This document shows, in pieces, positions 56,899 through 64,000 of a stretch of 64,000 nt of DNA. The position numbers and the translations under genes are program-made. Position 1 is the stretch's first letter. Each line of letters opens with the position of its first letter. The notes below the pieces were generated by a model. It was not told the origin of the DNA. It made no database searches and was given only the letters and a program-made list of their open reading frames with translations. Origin of the DNA: Octopus sinensis (Eukaryota); contig NC_043013.1 in the NCBI RefSeq assembly GCF_006345805.1, positions 39,184,001-39,248,000 of the forward strand. The letters run 5' to 3'.

Positions 56899-59319
56899 CA
56901 TTAGATTAATAATTATATATATACGTATATAATTATATTAAGAGAGTAAGGGCGAAAAAAACGACCTACCTCTAACGTGCTTGAAAATGCTTCTGGGGGT
57001 TGTATACCACATAAAAAATGCTTTTGGGGGTAGTATACCACATAAAAAATTCTTCTTGGTGAGGGGCTACATAATCTATATGGTATGAAATGTCGGGGAA
57101 GGTAAATCTCTCAATATACCCACCCCGTTCAGATATGGGAGTATTTAAAAGCTTGTAATTGAAAAAGCATTTTTAATGGGCTATTGAAAAATTTTGATTT
57201 TTTGCTAACAATTAGACTTAAATTCACTATTTAGTTAATTTTTTAACTATAGAACAGCTAGTAAATGCTATTATTTTAAATTTTTAAATCTAAATGCATT
57301 TTAAAATTTTAACTATAGCTGCAATATTTTAAGTATACATAAACTTGTCCTGTACTTTCTCAGGTATAATAACCTAAGAATGTTAACCTCCACGTGTCCG
57401 CAGTTTTCATTATAATCCACTTTTTTCCAGGCGATGCAATTAAACAAATAAATAGTGACAATTAATAATTTATAATTTTACTTCATTAAACATTTTTCGT
57501 TTTATTTAATATTTTTGTTAAATAATTTTTCAATAGTTTTTCATGCTTGATGATTGAATTAAAAGAAGAATAAGTATTAATCTAAATAAATCTAAAAAAA
57601 TGAATTGTAAGAGCACTCTAGTTATGCTAGCTCATGATAGAATCGAAACTTCAGAGAAAAAGAGAAAGAAAGAGAGAAGAAGTCTTACTGTGATGCAAGT
57701 GAAACAACTATTTATATTTTATTTATTAAAATAGTTTCTATATAATATAGAAAATATAATCCTTTCTACTTCAGGCACAAGGCCTAGCATCACTTTCTTT
57801 TTTCTTTCTTATTTTTTTACTTGATACCTTTTTTCTGCAAATATTTTTTTGCATAAAATTAGCACTTTTAGATTCCCCTCCTTTTGATTTATCAATTGAG
57901 CGTAAATAAGGTATAGATTGCTTTTAAATTAAGAAAGTTTTTTGTAGTCATAGCCAATTGGAGGGACTTTTGGTTTCACAACTTCTTTATATTAAAAAGG
58001 CTTTAAATAAAATTAACATATTTAGATGTTTCTCATTTCGTTCTATCATTAAATCTTAAATTAAATATAGTTTGCTTTTAAAATAAGAAAGTTACTTTGA
58101 TTCAAAGTCGATTTTTCGCCTTACCCTCACCCTTTTGGACTTTACATATTTTAACATAACTTTTTTTCCACTGAACTAAATTTCAATATTCTTATGCCAA
58201 ATTGTAGCTTGGGAGGTCACTATTAGAGAACTGTTAACAGTTTTGAATTTGATTGCGAAATGAGTTAATGACAAAGCTTTGAAGAGGCTGTGAGTGAGTA
58301 AATGTAGGCCTTAAAAATATTATTCAACTACTACCGTAGTTGAAAGATACACATATACACACACAACAAAAATATATTTAGGCAATTTAGTAGATTGATA
58401 GATTTTATTAACCAGATATAAATATTGATTTGCAGATACAATAAATCGATACAACTTCGTTATTGTCCATGTAGATCTGAATTCTTAAAGATTTATTAAT
58501 ATTAATATGTATGTTTTGAAAAAATTGGGAATTATAATATTTCGTGCAGATTTCTCCTCTCGAGCACGTGCGAAGGCAGTCTATAAGGAGGAAATGTTGT
58601 AGAAGGAGTAAATACGAATGGGAAAGTATTACTGAATGTGTAAAAAGGGGAATGAAAGCTGAGAAGAAAAGAAAATTGTAAAATAAAGTCTATTCTCAGG
58701 ATGTGATGAAAATCAGCAAGTTTCTGATTTTCTTTTCTGTTCTTTACTTTGTCTCTGCATTTTTAACAAAACATGTATATATGTAAATTTGTGATTTGTA
58801 ATTAAGAGTTAAGATTAATTGCGGTGGAATTATATAAAAGAAAGGAGATAGTATTGGTTAAAGTTACACCATGTGGACAATGTAGGAGTTACGTAAAATA
58901 GTAAAATAAAAAATAATAATGCATTAATAATTAGACTCGACAAATTTTCTAAGTTATAGAACACGGATGGTTCTCAACCATTTTAATTTATTGTTATACT
59001 GGATATCAAAGAAAAAAATTAGGAGACCATTTCATATGGAAGGTTAATAAATACTGGTGAATTTCTTAAGGAAAAAACAACTAAGGTACTTCGCACGGAA
59101 AGTTAAAAATTACTGAGCTACATCTGGAAGTTTACCAAATACAAGAAACTTTTCCGAGTGAGAAGTTTAGAAGAAAATATAGAAAACAATCGCTTGTTTA
59201 TAACAAAATTAAGAATATTTCGTTTATCAAAACGTTAAAGCATTAAAATAGATTTACTAAGGCCTTAAATTATAATTTTAAAAGTCTGTTGTGTATCTTG
59301 GTAGAACCTGGGTGCGGGT

Positions 59320-62300
59320 CGATGTTGCTGCACCGCTGTAAAGATCTTTCAGTATTGAATTGTAGACGTGGTCCAGTGCTTGATTTTTCCGTGTTGTAAG
59401 GAGCGGTGTGAATTCTATGGAGTTGAATACCTTCTCACAGTCAACAAAGGCAAAATAGAGTAAGATATTGCATTCGTTAGCCTTCTTTCGCAGTTGGCTG
59501 ACAACCTGAGTGTGATCAATTGTAGAAAATCCTTCCCGGAAGCCAGATTGTTCTTTTGGTATATAGAGGTTCAACATTCCGAGCAGCCTGCTAAGAATAA
59601 TATGGGAGGACACCTTGTAGATGATGGGCAGGAAAAGTCCGTTTTGTCCCCTTTCTTGTAAAGCTAGAGTATTATTGCGTTCTTCCAAACGTTGGGGACA
59701 TTGCCTTCTTTGAGGCATCTGTTAAATAGCTTGGTGAGTATCGTCACGATGGCCCCTTTATTTCCCAGGGGAATACCAGCAAAGATGTCCTTGTCAGGTG
59801 TCTTGTCTCTCTTGGGTCGTTTGATGCTCTCTCTTGTCTAGTATGACTGGAGAAGAGCGTAGGGCTGGATGGAGTTGTGTTGTTGGAGAATGGTTGTTTT
59901 TGAGGTCGACTGGTGCTATACAGCTTGCTATAAAATTCCTCATATTGTTTGATAAGCCTGACAGAGTGCTGCTACTATCTTTTCTTAACCTATTGCTTTC
60001 TCTTGACAGACCTCTGGCTTCTGTTCTCTTTGAGAGCTTTTAGCAGTTCATCTTCCACATATTCTCTGGTGTTTTTCATTCGACTTTTTGATGATTTTGC
60101 AGTTTTCAATGTATTCGATGTTTTCATCAGCAGTTTTTTCTCCCTGAATTGTTTGATATTTATTGAAAGCTTGTCCATTTCGTGTGGTTTGTTACTTTCG
60201 GTCGTCTTTACAGCTGTATCCATCATAGTATCATATTAGTGGTAATTTTCTCTGAATAGGAGCCGAGATTATCGTCTGCGTGATGTTGTTCTAAGGCTTT
60301 AAACCTTTTGTTAAGTAGTATTTGGAACTGTATCGCCTCAGTCGATAGCACCGCAGAGTTTTTGTTTTTTACTTTTGGTTAGTTCTGCTCGTTCCAGCTA
60401 CATGTTGGCGATTGGTGCGCATAGTAGGCTGTGGTGCGTGCTGGCATTGAAACTGTTAACGCGTGAGATATCTTGAAACATTTGTGGTTTGTCCACCAGA
60501 ATGTAATAGATCTCATTTTTCATAGTAGCATTGGGTGAAATTCATGTCTATCGTCTGCTGATCTTTTCGAAGAACGTATTCTTGATCTTTATCCGATACC
60601 TCTCGCTGAAGTTGATAAGTGAGTCACCTCTGATTGTCCTGTTACCGGACTGAAAGTGACCGGTGCTAGTCTCTCCTAGTTTGCTCATTCCTAGTTTTGC
60701 ATTGCAGTCCCCTATGATGATGCTATAATGAGCCTTGCTGCTCGAGAATGGATTGTCTATGTCCTCAGAGACTGCTTCGAGGTCTTCATTTGCTTGACTA
60801 GTTCTTGACAGATATGCTTGATCGATGATGATGTAATACTTGCCATTGATCCTAATGGTAACCTGCACCACTCTATCTGACTTGCTCCTGAAGTTTGTAA
60901 CGTTGCTGGTGATATCTTTCTAAACAACAAAACGAACTCCCCTGTTGGATGTGCTTCGCCTTTGTAATATAATCTGTGACCGCTATTACTGAACTTGATG
61001 CAACCTTCGCTCTGCCTTCTCATCTCAAAAAATTTAGATTTATGAAAGTTGATCTTTGACAACTCCGCTTCGAACTCAGTGAATTGATTGTCGGAGGAGA
61101 GAGTTCTTGCGATGTACGTTCCAATTTTCGTATTCCAGTGGCAGCCTGTCCGGACCCAATTATTCTTAGCATTCTCTGCCCCTTTGTCAATTCCCTGCTG
61201 CCTAGGATGTTTACCCCAGAGCTCCTGGGGATTGAGAGTTGAATATTATTCGTGTATGTCATCCAAGGGTGTTACCATACTCGCTACGCTTGGTACTGCA
61301 GATGGACGAGCCCTTTAGAAGGGTTTTATCTCACACGGTTATACGAGGATATACAACGGATTTATTCTTTACTGCCGGTACCAGCACATATAGATACACA
61401 CACACGCACGCACGCACATACGCACGCACGCACATACGCACGCACGCACATACGCACGCACGCACACACGCACATACACACATACACACACACACACGAA
61501 AATACAAAAGAATTTAAAAGCAACCTTGATGTGGAGTTGCCTGTTTAGTCACTGACTACCCGACCATGCGACAGGTTGTACTGGATTACCGGCTGCCAGT
61601 AGCACTCAAGAGCAACATGACACTCAGGAGCGACACGCAAGAACAACCTGACTAAGCGACAGTATTTCACCGAAGTTGTTTACATCGTGCCTGCCAGAAA
61701 GCCTATCATCAAAAAAATCAACAGGAAAGTCATCAACATTGACGGAGAATAATTATGCTACCTGAACCTCGCAGATGATATCGTCTTGACAGCAAATACA
61801 CCTAGGGAAATGGAGGAAATGCTCACGGATATCCGTACTACAAGCCAACCAGTTGGCTTAAAGATGAACCTTGGAAAGACCAAGGGTTTGTTCAAAAGGC
61901 ACGCTATGCCAGCGCCCGTCACCGTAAACTGCAAGTCTGAAGAAAAGATAGACAGCTACGTTTACCTGGGAAAGATGGTGAAGAAAGACGGAAATCTTCT
62001 CCCGGAGATCAATAGAAGAACAGGGCTTGGTTGGGCAGTTTTGGGGAAGGTGGGAAACTTCATGAGCAGTCTTAAGGATTCCATGAAAATTAAAAGAAGA
62101 ATCTTCAACGAGCACATCCTGTCAGTGATGACTTACAGCAGTGAAACGTAGGTTTTCACAACCCTCATTGTAGCCCAACGGAAAATGTGACGAATCATGG
62201 TCGGTTTTATATTGCTGGACAAGAAAACCATCGCCTGGATACAACAGCACAAGAGAGTAAACGAGAGCATTAGGACCACCAAGAAGGACATATTTAGATA

Positions 62301-62495
62301 GGCTGGCCATATCGCCAGACTGAAGTTCAACAGGTGGACAATCATGGTGACGAAATGTACGCGAATACAATGGACAAGGTTAAGAGGTCGACCAAAGAAG
62401 ACAAGATAGCGAGGGGCTTACATAGGAACAACTGACCAGAGATAAATGATGTTGGAAGGAGACCAGGGATTCTTCCTTCAGGACTGATGAAGCCT
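59320..62495. mobile_element. RTE-clade LINE with inverted 5' part: minus 61652-59320 (5' UTR, APE endonuclease, RT N-half) and plus 61657-62495 (RT C-half)
   Basis: IIGDCNAKLG...IKNTFFEK (APE), EQSGFREGFSTIDH...FVDCEKVF (RT) on minus. GDSISPKLF...ADDIVL...GLKMNLGKTK...YVYLG...MTYSSET on plus. Confidence 0.85.
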
Positions 62496-62786
62496 AGGAA
62501 CTGGAAGCGAAATACACGTTTGGCTAAACTAGAGGCTCATAGAATACCGTCTTGGAATCTTTGCATTAGGGAGATTAGGAAAAGGAAGAAATAAATTTCT
62601 CCAACATACAATTATTATATACTTCCACTGACAAAAATATTACTGAAAACAACCGTAATCATTTTTATGCGCAAGAATAAAGTAAAATAAATTGAGTTGT
62701 GGCTGAAATCCACACTTGAAATCCAAAATATTGATGTCAACGTCACGTTTACATGAATAGAACATTCTGGAGAAATCTCTTCGGGG

Positions 62787-62983
62787 TCAGTAGAAAGCTT
62801 TAAGGGAACATTTCTCATTTACATACGTGAAGCCGATACATTTTGTATGTAAATCACAAGAAGCGGCACAGGAGATTCTGCTTTGGAATGCATATTTTTG
62901 GCCCCATATTGTTTTTGTAAAAGCCTTTAAGTTCCGTTCCCTTCTATATCTGCCGGTCTGTGTCACATCAGTTTGGATTCCCG
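62787..62983 (-). CDS. Terminal PAN exon of an upstream tandem paralogue (rest of gene lies beyond the window)
   Basis: 197 bp after a TTTTTTCTTTACGTAG acceptor, phase 1. GIQTDVTQTGRYRRERNLKAFTKT...SRISCAASCDLHTKCIGFTYVNEKCSLKAFY-TGA. Same length and motifs as 672-868. Confidence 0.85.
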
Positions 62984-63144
62984 CTACGTAAAGAAAAAAA
63001 CAAAAACGAATATGAAAGTTAATTAACATTCTACCATAGTTTTGTATTTATGATGGTGCAAGTAAATTTATGTTTGTGAACATATATATGCATGAATATG
63101 TTTGTATGGATTAATAAATATTAAATAAATAAATAAATAAATAA

Positions 63145-63393
63145 ATGCGCCCTTTTAAAGCCTAGTCAGGCCCATGGGCCCGGTTTCCCGGTTTCTGTGG
63201 CGTATGTGTTCCCCAGTTGGACGGGACGCCAGTCCATCGCAGCGTTACTCATTTTTTGCCAGTTGAATGGACTGGAGCAACGTGAAATGAAGTGTTTTGC
63301 TCAAGAACACAACGCGTCGCCCGGTCCAGGAATCGAAACCACAATCTTACAATCATGATGCTGGCACCCCAAACCACTAAGGCGCGCCTCCAC
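63145..63393 (-). mobile_element. tRNA-derived SINE family D
   Basis: Minus strand TTAGTGGTT...GGTTTCGATTCCTGG boxes. Tail GGACGGGACG/GGCCCGGTTTCCCGGTTTC is shared with 43365-43570. Confidence 0.7.
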
Positions 63394-64000
63394 TTAATAA
63401 ATATTACGTTATATATATTAGAAGTAAGTGCAATATGATACTAATTGGCAGAGTTCGAATGGCTGACGGGTTTTGAGAGAGCATTTAAAAGTTGATTCGT
63501 ACACAGAGGAATAGAAAAGGAAAAGTGCGATGGCTTTGGGTTTGTTAAGGATTGTTTAAGGATTATAAGCGAGAAACCAATAAGATGAGTGAGCGTGTTT
63601 GATGAGTGAGCGTGACTAATGGTACTTTCACAACTGTTGTGTGCGCATGTAAGTTGATGGAGCTGGAATGGTACGGTGGAAAAGGATAGAAATGTTGTTC
63701 CCAGTGTGAAACTGGATGCCAAATTAAAGATATTCTCTGCGAGACTACTTGCTCACTGAACCATGTGTGTTGGGAAATGGAGCGGAAAATGGTTTCTGAT
63801 AGGGTACTACTAGGAATTTTTATCAATAAAAGAAAAATGCATTCCTCGATTCTTAGAACCCATTGGATAGTTATCCATGGATTTATACATATTCATCAAT
63901 GCATAATGCACACACACAAACACACACAAACACACACACACACACACAAACACACACAACACACACACACACAACACACACACACACACACACGCACAAG

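Noticed and set aside
56940-58320. Possible TTAA-type DNA transposon (GTAAGG(G)CGAAAAA..CGAC near 56946 and its inverse near 58105-58124)
   Set aside because: Short imperfect match, termini and TSD not definable, no coding remnant recognised.
63441-63826. ORFs upstream of the paralogue's terminal exon as further exons
   Set aside because: No PAN or linker motif and no clean splice boundaries. More likely a decayed LINE 3' remnant.

Overview
AT-rich animal genomic DNA, packed with microsatellites and transposons. The SINE families point to an octopod cephalopod, most likely Octopus; this is inferred from repeat content only. The ORF track is almost all microsatellite noise or transposon remnants. 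Reading splice sites on the minus strand gives a complete 12-coding-exon gene (ATG at 51977, stop at 672; 2004 nt, 667 aa, all introns GT-AG and phase 1). It encodes a predicted secreted protein: signal peptide, three tandem copies of a three-exon module [PAN/apple-A, PAN/apple-B, short Cys linker], and a terminal PAN domain, for 7 PAN domains in total. A second 197-bp terminal PAN exon at 62787-62983 marks a tandem paralogue upstream. The modules keep clearly alignable introns while their PAN-A proteins are only about 30% identical by eye, which suggests diversifying selection. Introns are filled with (TAA)n-associated R4/Dong-like LINE stacks, RTE LINEs (one with a 5' inversion), Penelope-like elements with hammerhead ribozyme cores, Helitrons, Tc1/mariner elements, MITEs and tRNA-derived SINEs. 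There is one 100-N gap at 52578-52677. No prokaryotic features or CRISPR arrays were found.
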